This document shows, in pieces, positions 36,738 through 46,649 of a stretch of DNA of 64,000 nt (its first letter is position 1; the number at the start of each line of letters is the position of its first letter). The notes under the pieces are model-generated. The model worked only from the letters and a program-made list of their open reading frames with translations, did no database searches and was not told where the DNA came from. The stretch lies in contig CANLUL010000002.1 in assembly GCA_947494305.1 (NCBI GenBank), positions 303,727 through 367,726 on the forward strand, given 5' to 3'. The translations under genes and the position numbers were made by a program. Origin of the DNA: an uncultured Sphingomonadaceae bacterium. Its GTDB lineage: Bacteria; Pseudomonadota; Alphaproteobacteria; Sphingomonadales; Sphingomonadaceae.

Positions 36738-37810
36738 CCACCATCACCCCCCAAAGAATCGCTCAAATCGAAGCGCGTTTTGCAGAGCTTCAGGCGATGA
36801 TGGCATCTGGGGAACTGGATGGCGATAAATTCGTAGCGGTCTCCAAAGAATATGCGGAGATTGAACCGGTCGCAGAGGCCGCGGCGGCGGTACAGAACCT
36901 GAGGGCTGAGCAGGAAGGCCTCGAAGAAATGCTGGCCGGAGATGATGCCGAGATGAAGGCGATGGCTGCCGATGAGGTGGACAGCGTCAAGAAAGCATTG
37001 GCCGAAGCGGAATTGGCGTTGGCGCTGAAATTGCTGCCGCGCGATTCCGCTGATGATCGGTCCGCGATGCTCGAAATTCGTGCTGGTACGGGCGGCGATG
37101 AGGCAGCGCTTTTCGCCGGCGACCTCTACCGCATGTATACACGCTATGCCGAGTTGCAGGGCTGGAAGGTCGAGCTGATTTCGGCCAACGCCAGTGAAGT
37201 GGGCGGATTCAAGGAAGTCGTTGCCAATATCGCTGGTAAGGGTGTGTTCGCGAAATTCAAATTTGAAAGCGGCGTTCACCGCGTTCAACGGGTACCCGAA
37301 ACCGAATCGGGCGGCCGTATTCATACCTCTGCGGCAACGGTCGCCATCCTGCCCGAACCCGAAGAGGTGGATATTCAGATACGCACCGAAGACTTGCGTA
37401 TCGATACCTACCGGGCGAGCGGGGCAGGCGGGCAGCATGTCAACAAAACCGATAGCGCGATCCGAATTACGCACTTGCCAACCGGGCTTGTTGTCCAATG
37501 CCAGGACGGTAAATCACAGCACAAAAACAAAGCACAAGCGATGAAGGTGCTCGGTGCGCGGCTTTATGAACAGGAACGCGCGTCTGTTGCCAGCGAAGAA
37601 GCCGATGCCCGCAAGGCCATGGTCGGCAGCGGCGATCGCTCCGAGCGCATTCGCACCTATAACTATCCGCAAGGCCGCGTGACCGATCACAGAATCAACC
37701 TCACCTTGCATAAGCTTCCCGAAATCATTGAAGGCGGCGGATTGGCCGATATGATCGATGCGCTGATCGCGGAGGATGAGGCCAGCCGGCTCGCCAATCT
37801 GGATGGGTGA
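36734..37810 (+). CDS. prfA: Peptide chain release factor 1
   Basis: [20 protein letters not shown] (PxT), [25 protein letters not shown]; TTG start. Confidence 0.97.
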   Translation: MTTITPQRIAQIEARFAELQAMMASGELDGDKFVAVSKEYAEIEPVAEAAAAVQNLRAEQEGLEEMLAGDDAEMKAMAADEVDSVKKALAEAELALALKLLPRDSADDRSAMLEIRAGTGGDEAALFAGDLYRMYTRYAELQGWKVELISANASEVGGFKEVVANIAGKGVFAKFKFESGVHRVQRVPETESGGRIHTSAATVAILPEPEEVDIQIRTEDLRIDTYRASGAGGQHVNKTDSAIRITHLPTGLVVQCQDGKSQHKNKAQAMKVLGARLYEQERASVASEEADARKAMVGSGDRSERIRTYNYPQGRVTDHRINLTLHKLPEIIEGGGLADMIDALIAEDEASRLANLDG

Positions 37811-38639
37811 TGCCGCTGAAGCGCTCCGAGACGCGGCGCCAAAATTGGCTGAAATTTCCGATACACCGCGACTGGATGCAGAACTTTTATTGGCGCATGC
37901 GCTTGGCATGTCGCGCGAGCAGTTGCTGCTTGATCTGCCAAAACTCACAACGCCAGACGCATTCGCCACCCTCATTAATCGTCGCACAAGATCGGAGCCG
38001 ATTGCGCACATTATTGGTAGCAAAGAATTTTGGGGTCTCGAATTTGCGGTTTCACCGGATGTCTTGATCCCGCGCCCCGATAGTGAATTGCTGATTGAGC
38101 AGGCGGTGCAGATTTTCGCCGAAGATCCGCCAGAGAATCTTCTCGATCTTGGCACGGGAAGCGGGGCGCTTTTGCTCGCCGCTCTCTCAGAATTTCCGAA
38201 GGCAAAAGGGATTGGCGTTGACGCCAGTGCTAGTGCGTTGGGGATTGCACATAATAATGCGGATAGTCTTGAACTGGCCGATAGAGCAAAATTTCATCTG
38301 GTTGACTGGACCACGCCAGATTGGGCGCAATCACTTGGTGGTCGTTTCGATCTAATTCTGGCTAACCCGCCTTATGTCTCTACTGAGGTCGTGCTTTTAC
38401 AAGATGTCGTTAACTTTGAACCCCATCAAGCGCTTTTTGCAGGGGCGGACGGTCTGAATGACTATAAAATCATCATCCCCGCATTGGCCGATATATTGAC
38501 CCCAACTGGCATCGTCCTGCTCGAAATTGGCTTTGATCAGGCTGAATCAGTTTCAAAAATTGCGCGTAAGAACGGCTATCTTGTTGAATGTAAACAAGAT
38601 TTAGGCAGGAATGATCGCTTGCTCATCCTGACACGTTAA
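37803..38639 (+). CDS. prmC: Release factor glutamine methyltransferase
   Basis: [36 protein letters not shown]. Confidence 0.95.
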   Translation: MGDAAEALRDAAPKLAEISDTPRLDAELLLAHALGMSREQLLLDLPKLTTPDAFATLINRRTRSEPIAHIIGSKEFWGLEFAVSPDVLIPRPDSELLIEQAVQIFAEDPPENLLDLGTGSGALLLAALSEFPKAKGIGVDASASALGIAHNNADSLELADRAKFHLVDWTTPDWAQSLGGRFDLILANPPYVSTEVVLLQDVVNFEPHQALFAGADGLNDYKIIIPALADILTPTGIVLLEIGFDQAESVSKIARKNGYLVECKQDLGRNDRLLILTR

Positions 38640-38871
38640 AAAGGGCTTGGTTTTGCCAAAGGCTCGCGCTAAGACTCGTTCAGGCCCAGATGTTTTCTGG
38701 CTTTTCCCTTAAATCTCTGGCCTGTCCCCAACTCGATAAACTTGCTGGTTTTCGGCAGATATTTGTCTTGTATGGGCTGTATCGGATATGTTTGTCCGAT
38801 ACGCAATTGCTGACCGTGGGTCGGCGCTGGTGAGGAAGACCGAGTATTAACGGTATAAGGATACCCAGAAT

Positions 38872-39594
38872 TTGATGAATAATAATCGTCAGCAGCGTGG
38901 CCGTGGTCGCGGGCGTAACAATAATAATAATCGCAACAATAACCGTGGCGGCGGCGGTATTGACCGTGACAACCGGATCGATAATCGCGCGCGCGGTAAC
39001 GCAGCGCAGATGCTCGATAAATATAAGAAAATGGCACATGACGCACAGGTCAATGACGATCGCGTCAATGCCGAATATTATCTGCAATTTGCCGATCATT
39101 ATTTCCGGGTAAATGCCGATATGCAGGCTCGCCGCGAAGAACAGCGGATCGCTCGCGAAGAACAACGTGCCGCCAATGGCCATGATCGCGATGACAATCG
39201 CGGTAATGAAGGTGCCAGAGACAATGAGGGCGATGAGAATGATAATCGTCGTGGCCGTCCGCAGCGCAGTCGTCCACAACGTGATGAGCGTTCCGACCGT
39301 AATGATCGGGATGACCAGCCTGCAGAAGCCAGCGAAGAGAAAAAGCCGGTTCGTGCGCGTCGTCCCAGAAAAGTTGAAAATGACAAAGCTGCAGACAAGG
39401 CGCCCAATGGCGATGCTTCGGATAATACGGAAGAGCCAAAAGGTTTGGACGCTGGCGTATTACCACCGGCCATTTCAATTTCCAGCGACTCAGATGCTGA
39501 CGAAGTGAAAGTGGAAAAGAAACCAGCGCGCAAAAAGCGGGTTGTGAAGCCTAAAGCCGTCGTAGCCAAAGCTGAGGAAGGCGACGCCGCTTAG
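38872..39594 (+). CDS. DUF4167-domain protein
   Basis: RGNAAQMLDKYKKMAHDA...AEYYLQFADHYFRV core, flanked by low-complexity tails; usual position after prmC. Confidence 0.85.
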   Translation: MMNNNRQQRGRGRGRNNNNNRNNNRGGGGIDRDNRIDNRARGNAAQMLDKYKKMAHDAQVNDDRVNAEYYLQFADHYFRVNADMQARREEQRIAREEQRAANGHDRDDNRGNEGARDNEGDENDNRRGRPQRSRPQRDERSDRNDRDDQPAEASEEKKPVRARRPRKVENDKAADKAPNGDASDNTEEPKGLDAGVLPPAISISSDSDADEVKVEKKPARKKRVVKPKAVVAKAEEGDAA

Positions 39595-40325
39595 AGCGCT
39601 TTACTAAGCCAGGCGGGTAAGGTTAGTCCGTCCAAATCATCAACCCTGCGATGCTCGACCGATAGGCTGAGTGCCGGATACGCGGTTCGCTGTCTTTTTT
39701 CGTCGGCTTGGTCCAATGGGACGACAACCATCCGTCGGTTGATCTTCTGCCGATAGTTCATGCGGGCGGTATTTTCCTGACCGACATAACAACCTTTGGT
39801 GAAACTGACGCCGTTTAGCTCGTCTGCATTGCACTCCAGCCAGAGAGTTTTTTCCATCCCCAGCTCTGCTTGCCCCTCGGTGACGCCCAGAGAAAGACGG
39901 TGCGCCAGATAGTGTTCATCAACGCTATCTCCGCCATCGGAGTGTGCAAGCCAACGATGACCAAGCTCCGGGAGGCGCGGATCAGATGGATGTTCCACCC
40001 TATCTTTGCTCCAATGCACAGTTTTCTGATCATCCAGTTCAATACCGATTTTGCGGCGCAAGCGGTATAGCTTGAAGCGCTTGGCCAGCGCCTCTGCGAT
40101 ATCACTTTCGCAATCGACGAGTATGTCTTTGTCGTCGGCCCAAAGGAAAAAGTCGTACATCACCTTTCCTTGCGCGCTCAGCAAAGCCGCCCATTGCGGA
40201 GCCCCGGGCTGTACCAGTTGCAAATCTTGTGTCAGCAGACCTTGCAGAAACTCACGAATATCCTCGGCTTCATCGGTCGCGGAGATGCGAATGATCGCAC
40301 GGTTGGAGAGCAGTGTATCTGTCAT
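39591..40325 (-). CDS. ygfZ: YgfZ/Iba57-family folate-binding Fe-S maturation/repair protein
   Basis: FLQGLLTQD, LLSAQGK, signature SFTKGCYVGQE. Confidence 0.9.
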   Translation of the reverse strand: MTDTLLSNRAIIRISATDEAEDIREFLQGLLTQDLQLVQPGAPQWAALLSAQGKVMYDFFLWADDKDILVDCESDIAEALAKRFKLYRLRRKIGIELDDQKTVHWSKDRVEHPSDPRLPELGHRWLAHSDGGDSVDEHYLAHRLSLGVTEGQAELGMEKTLWLECNADELNGVSFTKGCYVGQENTARMNYRQKINRRMVVVPLDQADEKRQRTAYPALSLSVEHRRVDDLDGLTLPAWLSKAL

Positions 40326-40365
40326 TGCTTCAATCTAGTCATTCCGATGGTCAAGTGAAAGAGGG

Positions 40366-41271
40366 CTATGCAGCGACCGGCTGTTTGGAAGCCTTGCCCC
40401 ATAAAGTCTCGAAAGAAAAAATACCGAGGCTTATCCAGATTAGTCCAAAACAGACCATATGCGACACCGTAAGCGGCTCATTGTAAACGAACACTCCGAT
40501 CACGAACTGCAAACTGGGTGCAACATATTGCAGCGGTCCCAGAATCGTGAGCGGCACTTTCTGCACCGCCGAAGCAAATAGCAAAAGAGGCGCGGCGGTC
40601 ATAATTGCCCCTCCCGCAAGCAGCGCATCGATCGACCAACTCTGGCCAAATCCGGTTCCTTGCGAGGTGGTCGTCAGCCAGAGAAAATAACCAAGCGCGA
40701 CGGGAAACAGCAGCCCGGTTTCAACCGTCAATCCCACCATAGGACCAGCCGGCGCAATTTTCCGGATCAAGCTATACAGACTCCACGAACCGGCCAGCGC
40801 CAAGCTAATCCAGAGTGTTGAGAAAGCCTCAAAAGCTAAGACTGAAACACCTAACGCAGCGATGCAAACTGCGATCCACTGGTTTCTGGAGAACTTTTCC
40901 TTGAGCGCCAGCATGCCGAGAAAAACGATTAACAGAGGGCTGATAAAGTAACCTAGGCTGGCGGCGACAATATGATCGGTTACGACCGCCCAGACATAGA
41001 TTAGCCAGTTGGCCGCCAATAGGCAGGAGCTAAGTAATAGAAAAAGACGGGTTCTGTTATCGCGTAATATGTCCCGCAGTGCTGGCAGGCTTTTGCGAAA
41101 CCAGACGATCACTAATAATAAAGGCAATGACCAGATGATCCGGTGCGCAACGATTTCGAGCGATGGTACGCTTTGTAACAGCTTGAAATAAATCGGCATC
41201 ACGCCCCAGAAAAGGCATGCGAGAAGTGCCTGCATAATGCCCAAACGGTCGATTGAAACGGGTGCGTTCAT
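40366..41271 (-). CDS. rarD: EamA-family transporter RarD
   Basis: EIVAHRIIWS, NWLIYVWAV, ASLGYFISPL, QYVAPSLQF...VYNEP. Confidence 0.88.
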   Translation of the reverse strand: MNAPVSIDRLGIMQALLACLFWGVMPIYFKLLQSVPSLEIVAHRIIWSLPLLLVIVWFRKSLPALRDILRDNRTRLFLLLSSCLLAANWLIYVWAVVTDHIVAASLGYFISPLLIVFLGMLALKEKFSRNQWIAVCIAALGVSVLAFEAFSTLWISLALAGSWSLYSLIRKIAPAGPMVGLTVETGLLFPVALGYFLWLTTTSQGTGFGQSWSIDALLAGGAIMTAAPLLLFASAVQKVPLTILGPLQYVAPSLQFVIGVFVYNEPLTVSHMVCFGLIWISLGIFSFETLWGKASKQPVAA

Positions 41272-41350
41272 AGGCCGCGACTAGGCCTGTCTCCTGCTGC
41301 TGGCAATCAAGTTTTGGTTTGCCCGACGAAAGTCCAGGCGATTGATGCGC

Positions 41351-41572
41351 TTAGATTAAGCCGCCACCCATCCATAGGCGAAGCGCACAAATTGCCATGA
41401 CAATCAGACAGAATTTCATGCCGCTGCTCTTGGATGAGATCAATCCAAACAGCGCGCCGAGACCAGCTAGCGCAATGATGAACCAATTGGTCCAGCCGAG
41501 CAGCGGGATAAAGCCGATAATGGCAAGGACGAGGGCGATCAGCCCGATAAGGATAGAAAGTAAATTAGCCAT
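41351..41572 (-). CDS. Small hydrophobic membrane protein
   Basis: 73-aa ORF with three hydrophobic stretches, filling the gap between rarD and the DUF1330 gene. Confidence 0.65.
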   Translation of the reverse strand: MANLLSILIGLIALVLAIIGFIPLLGWTNWFIIALAGLGALFGLISSKSSGMKFCLIVMAICALRLWMGGGLI

Positions 41573-41660
41573 AGCTGTATTATAAGTATAACTCACTAAA
41601 ATTTCAAGTGATTGCGCTTTGAAAATTGCGCATTAAGGTTGATTTCAAAGGAGAATTGCA

Positions 41661-42098
41661 ATGGCTGAAGATATCCACGTCGATCCAACGCGCGAAAGTT
41701 TTGACGCTTTCAAAGCGCTTCCCCGTGATGTGCCGATCAATATGCTCAACTTGCTACGCTTTCGTGAACATGCCCAATATCCAGATGGCCACATAAATGC
41801 GGATAAAGGCTGGAGCGGTGCGCGGGCCTATGAAGAATATGGCACAACCAGCGGGCCGGTGTTTAAGCGGGTTGGCGGAACGGTCATGTGGCGCGGAACA
41901 ATGGAATCGATGTTGATTGGGCCGACGGATAAGTTCTGGGAAGTGGCTTTCATTGCTTACTACCCCAATAGCGGTGCCTTTATGGAAATGATAACGGATC
42001 CGGAATATAAGAAAGCCGTTATCAATCGACAGGCTGCGGTATCAACATCACGTTTGATCAGATTTGGGGAAGTTGATGGTCCCGATACGTTCGGATGA
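41661..42098 (+). CDS. DUF1330-domain protein
   Basis: PINMLNLLRFR, AY..YG, W......YP...AF.EM...P.Y; AGGAG RBS. Confidence 0.8.
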   Translation: MAEDIHVDPTRESFDAFKALPRDVPINMLNLLRFREHAQYPDGHINADKGWSGARAYEEYGTTSGPVFKRVGGTVMWRGTMESMLIGPTDKFWEVAFIAYYPNSGAFMEMITDPEYKKAVINRQAAVSTSRLIRFGEVDGPDTFG

Positions 42099-42151
42099 AT
42101 CTCGTTTTGGGACAATAGGTTAACGAAAACATACCGGATTAACCTTATATT

Positions 42152-42166
42152 CTAACGGATTATTAA
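42152..42166. promoter_or_regulatory. CtrA-like box (one mismatch) plus nearby TTAAC half-sites
   Basis: CTAA-CGGATTA-TTAA at 42152-42166, with GTTAAC at 42119 and TTAACC at 42139. Confidence 0.35.
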
Positions 42167-42210
42167 GCCTTTTCAGTGCATTGCTTCTGCCAAATTCAGG
42201 AGCATTTCGC

Positions 42211-43005
42211 ATGTCACAAATACCTCGTTCCCTTTTGCTGTCCGTAACAGCTTTTGCGCTTCCACTGACGCTGGCAGCCTGTGGAACCAATGAAGAGAAT
42301 GATGCCGAATTGGCGCAATTGGACGAAAGCCTTACAGATCCTTCCTCTGATCCGGCGATGAATGATGCGCTGGAAGATGCCATTTTGGTGGATCCTGATC
42401 TAACGGACCAAGCGAATAACAATGCTATTCGCGGCGCCAATGGCGCTATTGACGGTTCGGTTCCTCCCGGAGCCAGCTATGCCGGTGCTGCAGAGGGTGG
42501 CAAGGCTGCGGCCAATGCGCAGCTAAGCGGAAAGATGCTGAGCGCACCCGAACCGCGCCTGATGACATCGGACGATGAATGTACATCCTGTGGTGGAGCG
42601 GACAAGGGAATGACCCTCGGCGCCAAAGCGGAAAACCAATATGCACAGCGCGGCAAAGGTACATGTGATGCCAAGCTCAGCTATGATATGGGTTGGGCTA
42701 ACCGTATGCCGCCAGAATTCCCGATCTATCCCAAAGCCAATGTTAAAGAAGCGGCTGGCGTAGAGGGCGGCCTTTGTGATCTGCGCGTGGTTAGCTTTAC
42801 TTCGGCTTCATCGATGAAGAGCATCGTCGATTATTATTACACGCAGGCCAAACGCGGTGGTTACAGCGCAGAATATTTGCTGCGCGGCGGCGAGCATGTC
42901 CTCGGCGGCACCCGTGGCAGTGATGACGGTGCATTTGTGATCACACTAAACAAGCGTTCGAACGGCGGCACTGTGGTTGATATTGTTGCCAGCAACGGAC
43001 GTTGA
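42211..43005 (+). CDS. Hypothetical lipoprotein
   Basis: Lipobox LAA-C, acidic linker, four further Cys, C-terminal FPIYP...VSF...YY domain. Confidence 0.75.
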   Translation: MSQIPRSLLLSVTAFALPLTLAACGTNEENDAELAQLDESLTDPSSDPAMNDALEDAILVDPDLTDQANNNAIRGANGAIDGSVPPGASYAGAAEGGKAAANAQLSGKMLSAPEPRLMTSDDECTSCGGADKGMTLGAKAENQYAQRGKGTCDAKLSYDMGWANRMPPEFPIYPKANVKEAAGVEGGLCDLRVVSFTSASSMKSIVDYYYTQAKRGGYSAEYLLRGGEHVLGGTRGSDDGAFVITLNKRSNGGTVVDIVASNGR

Positions 43006-43032
43006 TCAACCAGATATAGTAGAAGGAATTTG

Positions 43033-43054
43033 GGGCGGCTTCGGTCGCCCTTTT
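43033..43054 (+). terminator. Terminator between convergent genes
   Basis: GGGCGGC-TTCG-GTCGCCC followed by TTTT. Confidence 0.7.
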
Positions 43055-43069
43055 CTATTCCGGCCCTCT

Positions 43070-43483
43070 TTAATCTGGCGCGTCGCCCATTTGCGCAACG
43101 ACGTTAAAGATACGCTTGCTGTAGAGCCACTGGCCATCAACCTTGCGAAACTCGTCATCATAGCGACCACCAGCCATGCGGGTGACGCCCTTTTCAACCA
43201 GCACTTCATGGGTTTGATAGCGGCCCGATGCCGTATCGCCGGTTACTTCCAGACTTCCGGAAATACCCAGAAAGCTAACCGCATCAAATGCGCTCATTGC
43301 ACCGTTCCATAGGTTCACGATATTTTCGCGACCCACCACCTCTGTACCCATGAGGGACCAGACTGCATCTTCGGTCCAAAGCGCACCCCAATCACCGGGG
43401 TCCCGCCGCAACACTGCGTCGCAATAGCTGTCATGCAATTCACGTATCGCCAGCCGGTCTTCGATTGATCCTGTAAATGCCAT
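43070..43483 (-). CDS. NTF2/SnoaL-like protein
   Basis: EDRLAIREL...Y...D...W..LWTEDA.W, GRY.DEFRKVDGQW...R. Confidence 0.85.
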   Translation of the reverse strand: MAFTGSIEDRLAIRELHDSYCDAVLRRDPGDWGALWTEDAVWSLMGTEVVGRENIVNLWNGAMSAFDAVSFLGISGSLEVTGDTASGRYQTHEVLVEKGVTRMAGGRYDDEFRKVDGQWLYSKRIFNVVAQMGDAPD

Positions 43484-43566
43484 CTCTATTCCTCTCGTAT
43501 CTCAGCAGAGGTTTACACGGCAAAACCGGCCGTGATGCAAGTTGGCATAAGTGTTAGCGGGTTGGA

Positions 43567-44850
43567 CTAATCCCCACCTATCCGTTCAATATCGGCACCC
43601 ACAGCGGCCAATTTTTCTTCCAGCCGCTCATAGCCGCGGTCGAGATGATAAATCCGCTGCAATCGGGTTTCGCCTTCTGCGGCGAGGCCGGCAATGGCAA
43701 GGCTCATCGAAGCACGCAAATCGGTGGCCATGACAGGTGCGCCGGTTAGCTTTTCGACGCCGCGCACCACGGCTGTGCGGCCTTTTGTCTCGATATCTGC
43801 GCCCATACGGTTAAGCTCGGGTACGTGCATATAGCGGTTTTCGAAAATCGTTTCGGTCAGCACGCTGGCGCCATCGGCCATGCACAGCATTGCCATTAGC
43901 TGCGCTTGCATATCGGTGGCCAAGCCAGGATAGGGTGCGGTTTCGAGGGTTAGGGGTTGCAGCTTCCCATCGGAAGCCACCCTAATCCCTTTGGTGTGGA
44001 CATCCACTTGCAAGCCTGCCTGGCGCAGTGCGTCCAGGGTTGCTTCCATCTCATCGGCTTTGGCGGCTAGCAAATCGACTTCGCCCCCGGCTATACCGAC
44101 CGCACAGGCATAGCTGCCGGCTTCAATCCGGTCAGACATAACGCGATAGGTGCAGCCGTGCAGCCGATCGACGCCATGGATGGTAAGAGTGGATTCACCG
44201 ATACCTTGAATCTCTGCGCCCATTGCCACGAGCATATTGCACAGATCGACAATTTCGGGCTCGCGTGCGGCATTTTTGAGCATGCTCGTGCCATTGGCCA
44301 ACGCCGCCGCCATAAGCGCATTTTCTGTCGCACCGACAGAGACAACCGGGAAGGTAAACTCACCGCCGGGTAAGCCGCCATCGGGTTGGCGTGCTGTCAC
44401 ATAGCCGCTGGTGGTTTCAATGGTTGCGCCTAGTGCTTCAATCGCTTTGAGATGCAGGTCGATCGGCCGGTTACCAATGGCGCAGCCACCGGGCAGCGAT
44501 ACGCGGCATTCACCTGCACGGGCGAGCAATGGCCCAAGTACAAGGATAGATGCGCGCATCTTGCGGACAATATCATAGGGCGCTTCGGTCGATGTTATTT
44601 TCCCTGCTTTGAGCGTCATCACCCGGCCAAAGTCTTCTGGTCTTGCACCTTCGATGGTGGTCGAGACGCCCAGTTGATTGAGCAGATGACCGAAACTATC
44701 GACATCGGCCAGACGCGGCAAGTTGCGTAAAGTTACAGGTTCATCGGTCAACAGCGCACAGGGCAACAGTGTTAGCGCGCTATTTTTAGCACCCGAAATG
44801 GGAATAGTTCCAGACAGCGTGTTGCCGCCGCGTATTGCAATAATATCCAT
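43567..44850 (-). CDS. murA: UDP-N-acetylglucosamine 1-carboxyvinyltransferase
   Basis: [53 protein letters not shown]. Confidence 0.98.
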   Translation of the reverse strand: MDIIAIRGGNTLSGTIPISGAKNSALTLLPCALLTDEPVTLRNLPRLADVDSFGHLLNQLGVSTTIEGARPEDFGRVMTLKAGKITSTEAPYDIVRKMRASILVLGPLLARAGECRVSLPGGCAIGNRPIDLHLKAIEALGATIETTSGYVTARQPDGGLPGGEFTFPVVSVGATENALMAAALANGTSMLKNAAREPEIVDLCNMLVAMGAEIQGIGESTLTIHGVDRLHGCTYRVMSDRIEAGSYACAVGIAGGEVDLLAAKADEMEATLDALRQAGLQVDVHTKGIRVASDGKLQPLTLETAPYPGLATDMQAQLMAMLCMADGASVLTETIFENRYMHVPELNRMGADIETKGRTAVVRGVEKLTGAPVMATDLRASMSLAIAGLAAEGETRLQRIYHLDRGYERLEEKLAAVGADIERIGGD

Positions 44851-44944
44851 GCGCTAGCGTTTAACGAAAATGACGCGGGAGGCAAGCGGGCTTGCTGTCC
44901 AATTCCGAATATTAAGGAAAGGTAGCTTTGGTCATAATAGCTTC

Positions 44945-45028
44945 CGTCATTGCGAGGAGCCGAAGGCGACGTGGCAATCCAGAGTGGAAAGCGACGCTCT
45001 GGATTGCTTCGCTTCGCTCGCAATGACG
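44945..45028. repeat. REP-like palindromic doublet (CGTC-tagged)
   Basis: CGTCATTGCGAGGAGCCGAAGGCGACGTGGCAATCCAGAG ... CTCTGGATTGCTTCGCTTCGCTCGCAATGACG: long imperfect inverted repeat with CGTCAT/ATGACG ends. Confidence 0.8.
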
Positions 45029-45046
45029 ACTGAAAATGACCTATAG

Positions 45047-45892
45047 TTAGTAATCATATCCGGGATTGGTGCGATTCAGTTTCCGCATCAGCCCGGGCCA
45101 GATCAAATTGTCACCAAGACCCGGTGCGAAAGCAGGAGCGCTTTGTTGGATGACCCGTGCCGCCATTTCTTCGGGTTCTTCGTGCAGCTTGTCTTCGCTG
45201 CCCACTGATTGCGCCAAAATCTGCGTCTTGCAGGCATTCTCGAGGAAATACATCCGCAGGAACGCAATTGCGCAATTGGATCCGGTTGTCAGCGTACCGT
45301 GATTGCGCAGAATAAGGAGATTTTTCTCGCCCATATCGTTGATCAAACGCTCCCGCTCATCAAGATCAAGCGCGATACCTTCATAATCGTGATAAGCCAC
45401 ATCATCATGCACTTGCATTGCAAATTGTGTGTAGCGGCGCAGGCCGTCTTTTTGAACCGATACAGCAATGCCATACGGCGTGTGCACATGGATCACACAG
45501 CCCGCATCTTCGCGCGCGCTGTGCACGGCGCTGTGGATCGTGAAGCCGGCGGGATTGGTGAAATATGGTGTGTCCTGTTTCACATTGCCGTCGAGGTCAA
45601 TCTTGACCAGTGCGCTCGCGCACATCTCGTCAAACATTACACCGTAAGGATTGATCAGAAAGCGTTCTTCACCATCTTCATTAGGCAACCGCGCAGAGAT
45701 ATGTGTGAAGACCAAATCGGTCCAGGCATGCATCGCACAAAGCCGATAAGTGGCGGCCAGATCACAGCGCAGTTTCCACTCTACATCGGAAACCTTGCCC
45801 TTCAACCGTTCGATAGACCCGGGATCAGGAATATTAAAACCCGCTTCTACGCCTACGGCACTATCGGTGACTTCATTTGCTGCGGTTGCCAT
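45047..45892 (-). CDS. Class II aldolase/adducin-family protein
   Basis: THISAR, FLINPYG, GFTIHSAVH, HVHT, LILRNHG. Confidence 0.9.
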   Translation of the reverse strand: MATAANEVTDSAVGVEAGFNIPDPGSIERLKGKVSDVEWKLRCDLAATYRLCAMHAWTDLVFTHISARLPNEDGEERFLINPYGVMFDEMCASALVKIDLDGNVKQDTPYFTNPAGFTIHSAVHSAREDAGCVIHVHTPYGIAVSVQKDGLRRYTQFAMQVHDDVAYHDYEGIALDLDERERLINDMGEKNLLILRNHGTLTTGSNCAIAFLRMYFLENACKTQILAQSVGSEDKLHEEPEEMAARVIQQSAPAFAPGLGDNLIWPGLMRKLNRTNPGYDY

Positions 45893-45965
45893 GACCTTGG
45901 TCTCCTTTTGATTCGCACTTTTAGTAGCGCATCACTGGGACATTTGGCCAGAATAAAGCGGTTTG

Positions 45966-46649
45966 CTAGATCCCCAATACCGGCTTCAGCATACGCATAA
46001 TCGGATTAGTGAACTTCAATTCACCTTCGAGTGCAACGAGTGTGATGCAATCTTCGCCATCATTGTCGACTACCGGCATGTGTGTACAATTTTCATCTTC
46101 ACGGTGCAGATCGCCGGGACCATAAGCGGTCTCTCCAACATGGTAACCACCCTGCAACACCAGCGCCCATTCCTCTCCCTGATGTGTATGATCAGGGATT
46201 TTCAAACCCGGTTTAGCTTTGAGTAGATATAGTTCTTCGCCATTATCATTGGCGATGGTGGCACGCGATACGCCGAAACCCAGTTTCTTCCAATTGAGCC
46301 CGATATTATTCCGCGCCAGAAACTCTTTGAGCGGCGCCGGAGACCAGGTTTCTGATTCCCCCGGTTGATCTTCCAACAGCTCGATCTCATCATTCGCGCG
46401 AGTGGGCAGGTGGTCAATATTGCTGAGCAATTTTTCCATGAACCCATCAGATACTGCTTCGCCCTGTGCTGATTCCAATATGGCACCGCCGACCGCATCC
46501 ATTGCCGATAGCCGTGAGGCCAATTCGGGTTTCATCGATGCCTGACAGCTGATCAACAGGCGCTTGGCCCGAGACAGGCTGCCCGCTGCGTAAGAGGCGA
46601 GCCACTCTTCATCGACACTGTGCATATCGTTCTGCGCTTGCATGTTCAT
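45966..46649 (-). CDS. chrR: ChrR-family anti-sigma factor (anti-sigma domain + cupin)
   Basis: L.SYAAG.L...DAVGG anti-sigma domain and cupin PDHTHQGEE..LVLQG...HMP. Overlaps the sigma factor stop (ATGA). Confidence 0.85.
   Translation of the reverse strand: MNMQAQNDMHSVDEEWLASYAAGSLSRAKRLLISCQASMKPELASRLSAMDAVGGAILESAQGEAVSDGFMEKLLSNIDHLPTRANDEIELLEDQPGESETWSPAPLKEFLARNNIGLNWKKLGFGVSRATIANDNGEELYLLKAKPGLKIPDHTHQGEEWALVLQGGYHVGETAYGPGDLHREDENCTHMPVVDNDGEDCITLVALEGELKFTNPIMRMLKPVLGI

Noticed and set aside
36518-37498. 326-aa minus-strand ORF
   Set aside because: Antisense shadow of hisS/prfA.
45209-46000. 263-aa plus-strand ORF
   Set aside because: Antisense shadow of the class II aldolase.
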